Positions 29,606 to 38,923 of a stretch of DNA of 64,000 nucleotides are shown in pieces. Location of the stretch: assembly GCA_037925075.1 (NCBI GenBank), contig JAXSNR010000001.1:416001-480000 (forward strand), given 5' to 3'. This stretch comes from Aquificaceae bacterium (lineage in GTDB: Bacteria > Aquificota > Aquificia > Aquificales > Aquificaceae). Position 1 is the stretch's first letter; each line of letters begins with the position of its first letter. The notes under the pieces are model-generated. The model saw only the letters and a list, made by a program, of their open reading frames with translations. It made no database searches and was not told the origin of the DNA. The position numbers and the translations under genes are program-made.

Positions 29606-30328
29606 ATGAGGCTTTTGCCTAAGAATCTAAGAAAAATCCTCAGAAGGCTTGGGAGAGATATGGAAAGGTACACGGGTAAAAACATATCCCTACTTCTTTT
29701 CGGTTCTTACGCCAGAGGGGATTTTCACTCAGGCTCAGATGTGGATATAGTGGTGTTGGTTCCAGAGGATTGGACAGAGGGGGACAAACAGAAAGCTATG
29801 GAGACCATCACCAAATACAATAACCTTTACGACACACTCATAAGTCCTCTTTTTGTTAAGAAATCGTTCTTTAGCAAACTTAACATAAAGCCTATGATAC
29901 CTGTATATGGGAGGTTAAAGAAAGGGGAAAGGTTTTCGGAAGGTAGTAAGTTAAGATATGCACAGATGCATATGTCTAAAGCCCAAAGGCATTTGCAAAG
30001 GGCAAAACAACTGCATGATCTAAATATATACACTTCTGCGGTTCATGAGGCTTACTACGCGGTTTTTCATGCCTCCAAAGCCTTTCTGTTTCTCTTTGGA
30101 GAAGACCCTCAAACCCATAAAGGTGTCAGGCAGTTGATGAACCTTTACCTTTTTAAGGAAAAGGAGTATATGAAACTTGCAAAAATATACGATGAAGCTA
30201 TGCATATGAAGCAGAGGGCGGATTATGATGTTATAGGAGATTTTATTGAAAAGGATGAGTGTGAAAAACTCCTTAAAGATGTGGAGTTTTATGTAGAAAG
30301 TCTAAAGGAATTGATAGAAAAGTCCTAA
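29606..30328 (+). CDS. Fused minimal nucleotidyltransferase (MNT) + HEPN domain protein
   Basis: N-terminal FGSYARGDFHSGSDVD (GSx10DxD); C-terminal AYYAVFHASKA...THKGV...KQRADYD (COG1895-like HEPN). Confidence 0.85.
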   Translation: MRLLPKNLRKILRRLGRDMERYTGKNISLLLFGSYARGDFHSGSDVDIVVLVPEDWTEGDKQKAMETITKYNNLYDTLISPLFVKKSFFSKLNIKPMIPVYGRLKKGERFSEGSKLRYAQMHMSKAQRHLQRAKQLHDLNIYTSAVHEAYYAVFHASKAFLFLFGEDPQTHKGVRQLMNLYLFKEKEYMKLAKIYDEAMHMKQRADYDVIGDFIEKDECEKLLKDVEFYVESLKELIEKS

Positions 30329-30865
30329 CTACTCAAGCTTTTCAATAACAAAACTCTGGTTTGTGTATATGCAGATTTCGCCTGCAATTCTCAGAGATTC
30401 CTTGACTATATCCTCCGCGGACATGTTTGTGTTTTTGTACAGAGCCAAGGCGGATGCCCTTGCGTAATCTCCTCCAGAACCTATACCAAGCACAGGCTCA
30501 TCAGGCTCTATTATGTCTCCATTACCAGAAAGAAGTAGCATACGTTCTCTATCTGCCACGAGAAGAAGGGCTTCAAGTCTTCTAAGGCTCCTGTCCATCC
30601 TCCAGTCCTTTGCAAGCTCCACGCAAGCCCTCAGGAGGTTTCCCCTAAACTCCTCCAGCTTTGCCTCCAACCTCTCCATAAGAGCCAAGCCATCCGCCGC
30701 AGAACCCGCAAAACCCACCAAAACGTTATCTTTGTACAGTCTTCTTATCTTTCTGGCACCGTGCTTTATCACAGAAGAACCAAGTGTAACCTGCCCATCG
30801 CCCCCCATCACAGTTATACCATCTTTTCTAACCGCTATTATGGTGGTTGATTTTACTTTCCTCAT
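30329..30865 (-). CDS. hslV: ATP-dependent protease subunit HslV
   Basis: Short propeptide then TTII, GDGQVTLG, GFAGS, GSGG, CIYTN. Confidence 0.97.
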   Translation of the reverse strand: MRKVKSTTIIAVRKDGITVMGGDGQVTLGSSVIKHGARKIRRLYKDNVLVGFAGSAADGLALMERLEAKLEEFRGNLLRACVELAKDWRMDRSLRRLEALLLVADRERMLLLSGNGDIIEPDEPVLGIGSGGDYARASALALYKNTNMSAEDIVKESLRIAGEICIYTNQSFVIEKLE

Positions 30866-30889
30866 TGTTATAATATTCTACAGCTTGCG

Positions 30890-32110
30890 GTGAGGAAAAA
30901 TCCAAACTGTTTGGAGCTGTACCAACAAACGCTTACATCAAATATAAGTTGTCTTCTTGAGTATGTACAAAAACTGGTCTACCTCTACGAGAGAAGGGGA
31001 GAAAGTCTTTCTCTGATTCTTTTGGATGTGGATAACATGAAACAGATAAACAGAAGGAAGGGATACAAGTACGGAAACTTTGTTCTTTTGAAAATCTCCG
31101 AGATAATATCCAACAGCATAAGGAAGAGTGATATAGCTGGTAAATATAAGGGTAGTTCTTTCCTTATATTGCTCCCAAACTCTGATAAAGAGGGTGCTAA
31201 TAAAGTAGTAGAGAGAATATTGGACAGAATAAAGAATGCTGATTTTGATTTACAGGTCAGCTTCACCATAGGTATTTACAGCTTTGTACCTAATAGACAT
31301 AGTGTTGAAGAGTTGCTAAATCTCATAGAAGCCCACTTGGCAAGGGCAAAAATCAAAGGTGGTGTAGTACTTATTCAAGAAGAACTTTCCAAAAGGTCCC
31401 TAAACCATCAAACACTCCTTGAAGCACTTAGTAAGGAGTCTATAGAGCCCGCTTTTCAACCCATATACAACCTTGAGAACGATAGGGTTGAAGGTTATGA
31501 GGTACTTATGAGACTCCTAACGGAAGATGGGAAAATTGTACCAGCCAGCTGTTTTATAGAGGACCTTTTAAAAACATCCCTTATGAGTCCTTTTGAGGAG
31601 GTTGTGCTTCAAAAGGCACTTTCAAAGTTCAGATCCTTTGGACTTGGGGGTAGGATATACATAAACTTTCCCTACAACTTCGTTAACCTTATAGCCAAAG
31701 GTAAACTCAAAGTTTCTGATTTTTATAGAGAGGTAATCTCTTATGGGTTTGAACCGTCCAGAGTGGTGTTGGAGCTACCTGAAAGTAAAATAACGGGAAG
31801 CACAGAAGACCTGGTGGAACTGGTAAAGGAGGTGAGAAGCTACGGCTTTGGAGTTGCGGTAGATGACTTTGGTGTTGAATACTCCTCAGTAGAAAGGCTG
31901 ATTAAAACAAAACCTGATATAGTAAAGCTTGACGGCTTTTTCCTTAAGGAAGCTCCTTCCATGCTAAAGTGGGTGGTGGTTGGACTTAAAAGGCTTGGAT
32001 TCAAGGTAATTGCGGAACAAGTGGAAAGGGAAGAGGAGTTTCAACTGGTTAAGAGTCTCAAATTTGACATGGCACAAGGCTTTTACTTAGGGAAACCTCA
32101 AGTACTATGA
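30890..32110 (+). CDS. GGDEF(degenerate)-EAL protein, probable c-di-GMP phosphodiesterase
   Basis: GGDEF motif replaced by KGSSF; EAL part has FQPI, EVLMR, N, E, DDFG, K, E and QG. Confidence 0.85.
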   Translation: MRKNPNCLELYQQTLTSNISCLLEYVQKLVYLYERRGESLSLILLDVDNMKQINRRKGYKYGNFVLLKISEIISNSIRKSDIAGKYKGSSFLILLPNSDKEGANKVVERILDRIKNADFDLQVSFTIGIYSFVPNRHSVEELLNLIEAHLARAKIKGGVVLIQEELSKRSLNHQTLLEALSKESIEPAFQPIYNLENDRVEGYEVLMRLLTEDGKIVPASCFIEDLLKTSLMSPFEEVVLQKALSKFRSFGLGGRIYINFPYNFVNLIAKGKLKVSDFYREVISYGFEPSRVVLELPESKITGSTEDLVELVKEVRSYGFGVAVDDFGVEYSSVERLIKTKPDIVKLDGFFLKEAPSMLKWVVVGLKRLGFKVIAEQVEREEEFQLVKSLKFDMAQGFYLGKPQVL

Positions 32111-32811
32111 AGGACTTTGTGATACCGGCCATAGACCTCAAAGAAGGTAAGGTAGTAAGGCTATTTAAGGGAGATTTTGAAAAGGTAAAGGTTTATCCAA
32201 GCTCTCCCGAAGACATGGCAAAGTTTTTTGAAGAACTTGGCTTCAAAAGGCTTCATGTGGTAGACCTTGACGGAAGCATTGAAGGTGTGCCGGTAAACAT
32301 ATCTTCCATAAGGCTTATAAGGAAAGCCTTTTCAGGGCTTGTTGAAGTTGGTGGAGGCATAAGAAACTCAGAAACTTGCAAGCTACTACATGAGGAGGGT
32401 ATAGACTTTTTTGTGATAGGTACGCTGGCACTAAAAGAGCCAAAGACCTTTGAACAGATCCTTGAGCTTTTTCCCAACAGGGTTGTGTTGGCTGTAGATT
32501 CAAAGGGTGGTAAGGTGGCAGTGGGAGGATGGAAGGAGGAAAGCTCTCTAAAGCCGCAGGAGCTTGCTAGTATATATGATTCAAAAGCCCTATGGGGCTA
32601 CCTTTACACAAACATAGACAGGGATGGAACCCTTGAAGGTGTGGATGTAAATCCTTACAGAGAGTTTAAGGCTTTTACAAAAAAGCCCGTGCTTGCTTCT
32701 GGTGGTGTGGCAAGCCTTGAGGACATAAAAAAACTTATGGGTGTAGTGGAAGGAGTGGTTGTTGGAAAGGCAATATACGAGGGTAGAATAGACCTTAAAG
32801 AGCTGTTATGA
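32107..32811 (+). CDS. hisA: ProFAR isomerase
   Basis: IPAIDL, HVVDLDG, GGGIR, RDGTLEG, ASGGV. Confidence 0.96.
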   Translation: MKDFVIPAIDLKEGKVVRLFKGDFEKVKVYPSSPEDMAKFFEELGFKRLHVVDLDGSIEGVPVNISSIRLIRKAFSGLVEVGGGIRNSETCKLLHEEGIDFFVIGTLALKEPKTFEQILELFPNRVVLAVDSKGGKVAVGGWKEESSLKPQELASIYDSKALWGYLYTNIDRDGTLEGVDVNPYREFKAFTKKPVLASGGVASLEDIKKLMGVVEGVVVGKAIYEGRIDLKELL

Positions 32812-32818
32812 TTTTCCT

Positions 32819-33838
32819 ATGGTTGGTGTTGTCCTATTTAACATGGGGGGTCCGGACAGTCTTTCTGCCATACAGCCCTTTTTGTATAACCTCTTTTCTG
32901 ACCACGATATTATAAGAATGCCCAAACTTGTGCAAAAACCCATGGCATGGCTTATCTCAAAGCTCAGAGCGAAAAAGACAAGACACTACTACCAAATAAT
33001 GGGGGGTAAATCTCCACAAAGAGAACAAACGCAAGCACAAGCTCAGGCTTTGCAAAAGGCACTGGGTGATAACTTTAAGGTGGTGGTCGCACTCAGATAC
33101 TGGCATCCCTTTACAGAAGAAGCACTAAGAGAGCTTCTTTCTTACCCTGTGGAAAAAATAGTTCTTTTGCCCTTATACCCTCAGTACAGTCGTACCACCA
33201 CAGGCTCATCCTTTAACGAGTTTGACAGGGTCTTTAGAAGGCTTACAGGCTACGGAAGAAACTTTTCCCTTACCACCCTAAAGGGTCAAGAAAATCCCTA
33301 CTTTTATCCATCAGCTTTACCCATCTACAGGATAAACTGCTACCACAACCATCCCACCTACATAAGGGCTATGGTGGAAAACATAAAAGAACACCTTACC
33401 AATTGGCGAGAGTACTACTTTCTATTCACAGCCCACAGCCTACCAGTAAGCATAATTAAAGAAGGAGACCCATACCAAAGGCAAACAGAGGAAACAGTTA
33501 GGCTTATTATGGAGCATTTTCCCGAAGTGGAGTACACCTTAGGTTATCAAAGCAAGGTGGGGCCCACCAAGTGGCTTGAGCCCTTTACCGACCAGTTGCT
33601 TATGGATTCAATAAACTTAGGAGTTAAGAAGATAGCGGTTATTCCCGTGTCCTTTACCTGCGAACACTCGGAAACTCTGTATGAGCTTGACCACCTTTAC
33701 GGAGGCATGGCAAGGGAAAAGGGTGTGGACTTTGTGAGAATCCCCACCCTTAAAACTCATCCCACATACATACAAGCCCTTAAGGAGCTTGTGCTTCAGA
33801 CCATCTCAAGCTGTGAAAAGATAAAGGGTATTTCGTAG
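32819..33838 (+). CDS. hemH: Ferrochelatase
   Basis: NMGGP, RYWHP, LPLYPQYS, TAHSLP, QSKVGP, EHSETLYELD. Confidence 0.95.
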   Translation: MVGVVLFNMGGPDSLSAIQPFLYNLFSDHDIIRMPKLVQKPMAWLISKLRAKKTRHYYQIMGGKSPQREQTQAQAQALQKALGDNFKVVVALRYWHPFTEEALRELLSYPVEKIVLLPLYPQYSRTTTGSSFNEFDRVFRRLTGYGRNFSLTTLKGQENPYFYPSALPIYRINCYHNHPTYIRAMVENIKEHLTNWREYYFLFTAHSLPVSIIKEGDPYQRQTEETVRLIMEHFPEVEYTLGYQSKVGPTKWLEPFTDQLLMDSINLGVKKIAVIPVSFTCEHSETLYELDHLYGGMAREKGVDFVRIPTLKTHPTYIQALKELVLQTISSCEKIKGIS

Positions 33839-34218
33839 TCTGCGGACTCTTTGGAATCGGAGGCATGCACCGCATTTTTACCCTTGTCGGTGCCAAAAAG
33901 TGCCCTTATGGAATTGGGAGCTACCCTTCTTGCTTCGTTGCTGTCTGTAGGTCCTATGATCTCTCTTACCCTTCTTATGGCGTCCTCACCCTCTAATACC
34001 ATGGCAACCACAGGACCTGAGGTCATAAACTCCACAAGCTCCCCAAAAAAGGGCCTTTCCTTATGAACAGCATAAAAGCCTTCCGCCTGCTCTCTTGTAA
34101 ATCTGAAGAGCTTAAGAGCACGTATCTTAAAGCCTTCGGATATGAATCTGTCAATTATCTTGCCTGTTGCACCCTTTTCGAAGGCATCGGGCTTAACAAT
34201 CACCAAGGTCCTTTCCAT
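33796..34218 (-). CDS. ndk: Nucleoside diphosphate kinase
   Basis: ERTLVIVKPD, RPFF, SGPV, NAVHASDS. Confidence 0.97.
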   Translation of the reverse strand: MERTLVIVKPDAFEKGATGKIIDRFISEGFKIRALKLFRFTREQAEGFYAVHKERPFFGELVEFMTSGPVVAMVLEGEDAIRRVREIIGPTDSNEARRVAPNSIRALFGTDKGKNAVHASDSKESADYEIPFIFSQLEMV

Positions 34219-34230
34219 CTTATACCTCCT

Positions 34231-34509
34231 TTATTCTCCTTCAAAGGATTGTAGCTCTTCCATAAGAGATTTCACTTGATGCATTATTGCACCCATAAGG
34301 TTTTCTATAGAAGAGTTCCAGTAGGCTTCGTTAAACATTATCTCCTTTTGTGGACCTTCTTCCTCTCCCTCAATGTAAGTAATCACAGCGGTGGGATACT
34401 CCACATGGTCCTTATCTGGCAACAGTAGTTCCACATCTATCTCTGGTGGTATTGCCATAGACCTTATCCTTTTGGAAAGTTCCTCAAACTTTTCCTTAGG
34501 GTATTCCAT
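34231..34509 (-). CDS. Acidic hypothetical protein between atpH and ndk
   Basis: 92 aa ORF filling the gap exactly, starting 1 nt after the atpH stop. Confidence 0.7.
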   Translation of the reverse strand: MEYPKEKFEELSKRIRSMAIPPEIDVELLLPDKDHVEYPTAVITYIEGEEEGPQKEIMFNEAYWNSSIENLMGAIMHQVKSLMEELQSFEGE

Positions 34510-34510
34510 A

Positions 34511-35047
34511 CTAGCCCCTTAGGAACCCTTCAAGTCCCCTTTTAATGGAAACGTCCAGTACAAAGCTGGAGGTTTTTAGAAGGAAGCCACCTATAAGCTC
34601 TGGGTCTTCTAACACTTCAAACTCATAGTCTCTGCCCGTGTAGTCTTTTATCACCCGTTTTATCTTCTCCAGTTCCTGCTCATTTACTCTTCTGGCAAGC
34701 ACAAGCAAAGCTTTGCTAAGCTTTAGAAGCTTTTCCACTTCGTGGTCATATACCCTTTTTACCTCACCGAGAAAAGGTATTGCGTTCAGATCCAGTATGT
34801 ATTCAAGCACTTCGTCAAGCTTTTCTTCTATCCCAAACCTTTCCCTAAGGGCTTTTAAAAAGTTAAGCTTTTTTCCCTTAGGTATTGTAGGGTTAAGCAC
34901 AAAGCCCCTAAGGTCCTTCTCAGATTTGTACAGTCTGTATATAAACTCCAAAAGCTGTGATATTTTCATAAGCTCTTGCCTTTCCTTTTTTACTTTTTCC
35001 AACAGTAATTTTACCAATTTTCTTACCACCTCTGGCCTTGGGTTCAT
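34511..35047 (-). CDS. atpH: ATP synthase F1 subunit delta
   Basis: NPTIP, DPELIGG, LDVSIK; follows the two b subunits. Confidence 0.88.
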   Translation of the reverse strand: MNPRPEVVRKLVKLLLEKVKKERQELMKISQLLEFIYRLYKSEKDLRGFVLNPTIPKGKKLNFLKALRERFGIEEKLDEVLEYILDLNAIPFLGEVKRVYDHEVEKLLKLSKALLVLARRVNEQELEKIKRVIKDYTGRDYEFEVLEDPELIGGFLLKTSSFVLDVSIKRGLEGFLRG

Positions 35048-35538
35048 TGCTTTGCCTCCAGTTTCTTTAGAGATTTCTCTATGTACGCTATCTGAAGCTT
35101 TTCGTCCTTAAACCTTTCTTTGAGGGTTTCCACCGCAAGCTGGTATGCCTTTTCTGCACCATAACGCATAAGCTCTTCCTTTGCCTTTTTTAGCTCTATA
35201 TCTATGATTTCCTTTGCCTTCTCTCTTATCCTGCCGGCTACTTCCTGTGCCTTTTTTTGCTCCTCTTCCTTTATAGTCTGTGCGGTCTGCTGGGATATTT
35301 TGAGCTGCTCCTCGTACCTTCTTTGAGCGTCCTGGAGGCTTTCCTTTGCCCTTTTTAGTTCTTCTTGAGCTTCTGAGAGCTCCTTTTCAGAGCCTACGAG
35401 CTTTTCTGTCAAACCGTTGAAATACCTACCGAAGGCTTCAGATATGGGCTTTTTCCCAAAGTAGTAAACTATACCAAGAAAGGCCAAGATGTTGAGACCT
35501 TTCCACAGGAGTTCAAGGGTGTGGTGTCCTTCGCTCAT
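35044..35538 (-). CDS. atpF: ATP synthase Fo subunit b
   Basis: WKGLN TM, KPI hinge, long coiled coil. Confidence 0.88.
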   Translation of the reverse strand: MSEGHHTLELLWKGLNILAFLGIVYYFGKKPISEAFGRYFNGLTEKLVGSEKELSEAQEELKRAKESLQDAQRRYEEQLKISQQTAQTIKEEEQKKAQEVAGRIREKAKEIIDIELKKAKEELMRYGAEKAYQLAVETLKERFKDEKLQIAYIEKSLKKLEAKQ

Positions 35539-35975
35539 GCTGCTTCCTCCAGGACCTTGCTGGTTATAAGCTCCGCTACTTCCTTTACCTTTTCATCAAG
35601 CTTTTTCTTTTCTTCCTCAAGACTCTTTCTGAGGTCTTCTACCACCTTGGCTATATACTCTTGAGTTTCCTGCTCTACCTTTGAGAGGATCTCAGCCCTG
35701 AGCCTTTCCGCCTCTCTTCTTGCTTGATCAAGTATCTGGTTTGATTCCCTTCTTCCCTTTTCCAATAAGCTTTGTGCCTCTTGGAGATACCGCTGTGCCT
35801 CTTCCCTTAGCCTTAGAGCTTCTTCTGTATTTTTATGTGTGAGCCTTTCCCTCTCCTCTATGACCTGAGAGTATGGTTTTACAAGAAGGCTCCTAACTAT
35901 GGCGATAAACACAAGGAAAAGAATTGCCTGAATGAAGAGGGTTATGTTAGGATACATCACCTGCTGTATGTCCAT
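35535..35975 (-). CDS. atpF: ATP synthase Fo subunit b'
   Basis: NITLFIQ TM, KPY..VIEER, coiled coil. Confidence 0.88.
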   Translation of the reverse strand: MDIQQVMYPNITLFIQAILFLVFIAIVRSLLVKPYSQVIEERERLTHKNTEEALRLREEAQRYLQEAQSLLEKGRRESNQILDQARREAERLRAEILSKVEQETQEYIAKVVEDLRKSLEEEKKKLDEKVKEVAELITSKVLEEAA

Positions 35976-35995
35976 ATGAGCCTCCTAAAACTTTA

Positions 35996-36442
35996 TTATA
36001 ACATATCTTCTATTTCCCTTATAAGCCTTACTCTCCTTTCGTGCCTTCCACCCTCAAAATCTGTGGAAAGCCAAACATCCACTATGGCAATAGCCAAGTC
36101 ATCGCCTATGATTCTGTCTCCAAGACATAGTACGTTGGCATCGTTGTGCATCCTGCTCATGCGAGCCATGTATTCATTAAGACACAAGGCTGCCCTTATG
36201 CCCTTGAATTTGTTGGCTGCTATGGACATGCCTATACCAGTACCACACACAAGTATTCCCCTATGGGCCTCCCCCTTTTGAACCGCAAGACAAACATCTC
36301 TCGCGAAAAGGGGATAGTCCGTGGAGTCTGTGGACTGCGCGCCAAAGTCAAGCACTTGATAACCCTTTGAAAGAAGAAACTCCTTTATCCTCTCTTTAAG
36401 AGGGTAGCCCGCATGGTCTGAACCTATGGCTATGGTGAGCAT
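35996..36442 (-). CDS. rpiB: Ribose 5-phosphate isomerase B
   Basis: GSDHAG, DYP, CGTGIG, HNDAN, FEGGRH. Confidence 0.97.
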   Translation of the reverse strand: MLTIAIGSDHAGYPLKERIKEFLLSKGYQVLDFGAQSTDSTDYPLFARDVCLAVQKGEAHRGILVCGTGIGMSIAANKFKGIRAALCLNEYMARMSRMHNDANVLCLGDRIIGDDLAIAIVDVWLSTDFEGGRHERRVRLIREIEDML

Positions 36443-36550
36443 ACTTCAATAATTATAAACTGTACACGCTGGGTGAAAGGCTATAGCCTAAATAAACCTC
36501 TCCCAAACCCATGGAGGGCTATAATATATAGTAAGCGAAGGAGGGATAAG

Positions 36551-37654
36551 ATGACACCTACTGAAAAGTTAAACGCAGTATCTACAGAAGTTAAGCTCAT
36601 TGATATACTTCAGAAGGCCCTTAAAGCGAACGCCTCTGACATTCATATAACAGCAGGGGCAAGACCTGGGCTTAGGGTTGATGGGAAGATAATCCAACTT
36701 CCCGAATATCCAATACTAAATCCAGAAATGACCCAGAAGATTGCCTATTCTGTTATGTCTGAAAAGCACAGGAAAACCCTTGAAGAAAAGGGGCAGGTGG
36801 ATTTTTCTTTTGGTGTCAAGGATATCGGTCGTTTTAGGGTGAATGTTTTCTTTCAGAGGGGTGCCATTGCAGCGGTCTTAAGAAGACTACCCAACAAGAT
36901 ACTCAACATCAAGGACTTAGGCCTTACAGAGAGGGTTCTGGATCTGTGTCACAAAAGTATGGGCTTGGTGTTGGTTACAGGACCAACGGGCTCTGGAAAA
37001 ACCACTACGCTTGCCTCTCTTATAAACTACATAAATGAAAACTTTCCTCATCACATAATAACCGTCGAGGACCCCATTGAATATGTATTCCAGCATAGAA
37101 AGAGTATAGTAAACCAAAGAGAAATAGGCGAGGATGTGCAAAGTTTTGCGGATGCTCTTAGGGCGGCTTTGCGTGAAGACCCAGATGTTATCCTTGTGGG
37201 AGAGATGAGAGACCTTGAGACCATAGAGATAGCACTCAGGGCGGCGGAAACGGGACACTTAGTTTTTGGGACACTTCATACCAACACCGCAATCTCCACC
37301 ATTACAAGGATAATAGATGTCTTCCCTCCAGAACAGCAGGAGCAGGTCAGAATTCAGCTTTCTTTTGCACTTCAAGGTGTTATATCTCAGAGGCTTGTAC
37401 CAAAGATTGGTGGTGGAAGAGTCCTTGCCTATGAGCTTATGATACCAAACACTGCCATAAGAAACCTCATAAGGGAAAACAAGCTTCAGCAGATATACGC
37501 TATAATGCAAAGTGGACAGGCTCAAACGGGTATGCAGACCATGAACCAATCCCTTTTTGGGCATTACAGGGCTGGTCTTATATCCCTTGAAGAAGCTTAT
37601 AAGTACTCTCCAGATGTAAAGGAGCTGGAAGGAATGATAGGAAGAGGAGGGTAA
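36551..37654 (+). CDS. pilT: Type IV pilus retraction ATPase
   Basis: GPTGSGKTT, EDPIE, LVGEMRD, TLHT, AIRNLIRE, GMQT; start moved to ATG 36551 after GGAGG. Confidence 0.96.
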   Translation: MTPTEKLNAVSTEVKLIDILQKALKANASDIHITAGARPGLRVDGKIIQLPEYPILNPEMTQKIAYSVMSEKHRKTLEEKGQVDFSFGVKDIGRFRVNVFFQRGAIAAVLRRLPNKILNIKDLGLTERVLDLCHKSMGLVLVTGPTGSGKTTTLASLINYINENFPHHIITVEDPIEYVFQHRKSIVNQREIGEDVQSFADALRAALREDPDVILVGEMRDLETIEIALRAAETGHLVFGTLHTNTAISTITRIIDVFPPEQQEQVRIQLSFALQGVISQRLVPKIGGGRVLAYELMIPNTAIRNLIRENKLQQIYAIMQSGQAQTGMQTMNQSLFGHYRAGLISLEEAYKYSPDVKELEGMIGRGG

Positions 37655-37656
37655 AT

Positions 37657-38898
37657 ATGCCAAGGTTTAAGTACAGAGCCTTTGACGAAACAGGGACCTT
37701 CGTAGAAAACGAAGCAAACTATCCAACTCAAGAAACCTTGATACTTGAATTACAGCAAAAGGGATTGAGCGTCATAGAGATAGTACAGGTTGAAAAAGAA
37801 AAAGAGAAAGAGGAAGAAAAAGATAAAAAGTCCTCTATTCTTGCACTCTCCTTTGGTGGTAAGGTAAGCGACAGGGACCTTTCCATCTTTTGCAGACAGC
37901 TTGGAACCATGATAAACGCAGGGCTTAGCATAGTGGATGCCCTTAACATATTAGGGGATCAATTACCCAACAGAAAGCTTGCGGATGCGAGTAAAAGGGT
38001 CGCCACTATGGTAAGCGAAGGAAAGCCCATATCCACCGCCATGTCTGAATTTCCCGGCGTCTTTCCCGAGTTTGTGGTCAATCTGGTCAGGGTGGGGGAG
38101 GAAACGGGTAATCTTGATGTTGCCCTTATAAGGGCTGCAAACTACTACGAAAAGATGGCAATGATAAAGAGTAAGATAAAAAGTGCCGCCTTTTACCCTA
38201 CCTTTGTGGTTATAGTAGCTACCGCAATAGTTACTGGCATACTCTACTTTCTGGTTCCAACCTTTGCAGAAATATACACATCCTTAGGAGGGGAGCTTCC
38301 GGCACCCACTCAGATGTTGATAGCTGCCTCCAACGCCTTGAGGTCAAGTATGCTCTTTATACTTGGCTTCATAATAGGTTTTGTTGTAATTTTCAGGTTT
38401 TTTATGAAAAACAGCTATCACTTTAGAAAATCTGTGCACTCTTTTATGCTAAAAGCTCCAAAGATGGGTGAGCTTGTAATGAAAAGTACTATGGCAAAGT
38501 TTGCAAGAACTATGGCAACTCTTTTTTCCAGTGGTGTTGCATTGGAGAGGGCTTTTGAAATAGCAGGTCAGGTCACTGGAAATGTACCAATAAGGGAGGC
38601 CCTTGAATCTGCTAAAAAGGGTGTTATAGAAGGTGAGCCCATGCACAAAGCTCTTGAGAAAACTAAGATGTTTCCAAAGCTGATAATTGCCATGGTGAGG
38701 GTTGGTGAAGATACGGGTAGGCTTGACGAAATGTTGGACACGATAGCAAGGTTTTATGAGGATGAGTTTGATAAGGCTGTGGAGGGTATGATAAAGCTTA
38801 TAGAGCCTATGCTCATAGTCTTTATAGGTGGTGTGGTGGGGTCTATACTAATTGCCCTCTACCTGCCCATATTCAAGCTCGGTGAGTTGATAAAGTAA
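37657..38898 (+). CDS. pilC: Type IV pilus platform protein (GspF/PilC)
   Basis: GEETGNL and GEDTGRL repeats, YP..V, IEP, LYLPIF. Confidence 0.94.
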   Translation: MPRFKYRAFDETGTFVENEANYPTQETLILELQQKGLSVIEIVQVEKEKEKEEEKDKKSSILALSFGGKVSDRDLSIFCRQLGTMINAGLSIVDALNILGDQLPNRKLADASKRVATMVSEGKPISTAMSEFPGVFPEFVVNLVRVGEETGNLDVALIRAANYYEKMAMIKSKIKSAAFYPTFVVIVATAIVTGILYFLVPTFAEIYTSLGGELPAPTQMLIAASNALRSSMLFILGFIIGFVVIFRFFMKNSYHFRKSVHSFMLKAPKMGELVMKSTMAKFARTMATLFSSGVALERAFEIAGQVTGNVPIREALESAKKGVIEGEPMHKALEKTKMFPKLIIAMVRVGEDTGRLDEMLDTIARFYEDEFDKAVEGMIKLIEPMLIVFIGGVVGSILIALYLPIFKLGELIK

Positions 38899-38923
38899 GT
38901 TTTAAGGTTATAATAAATAGCTT

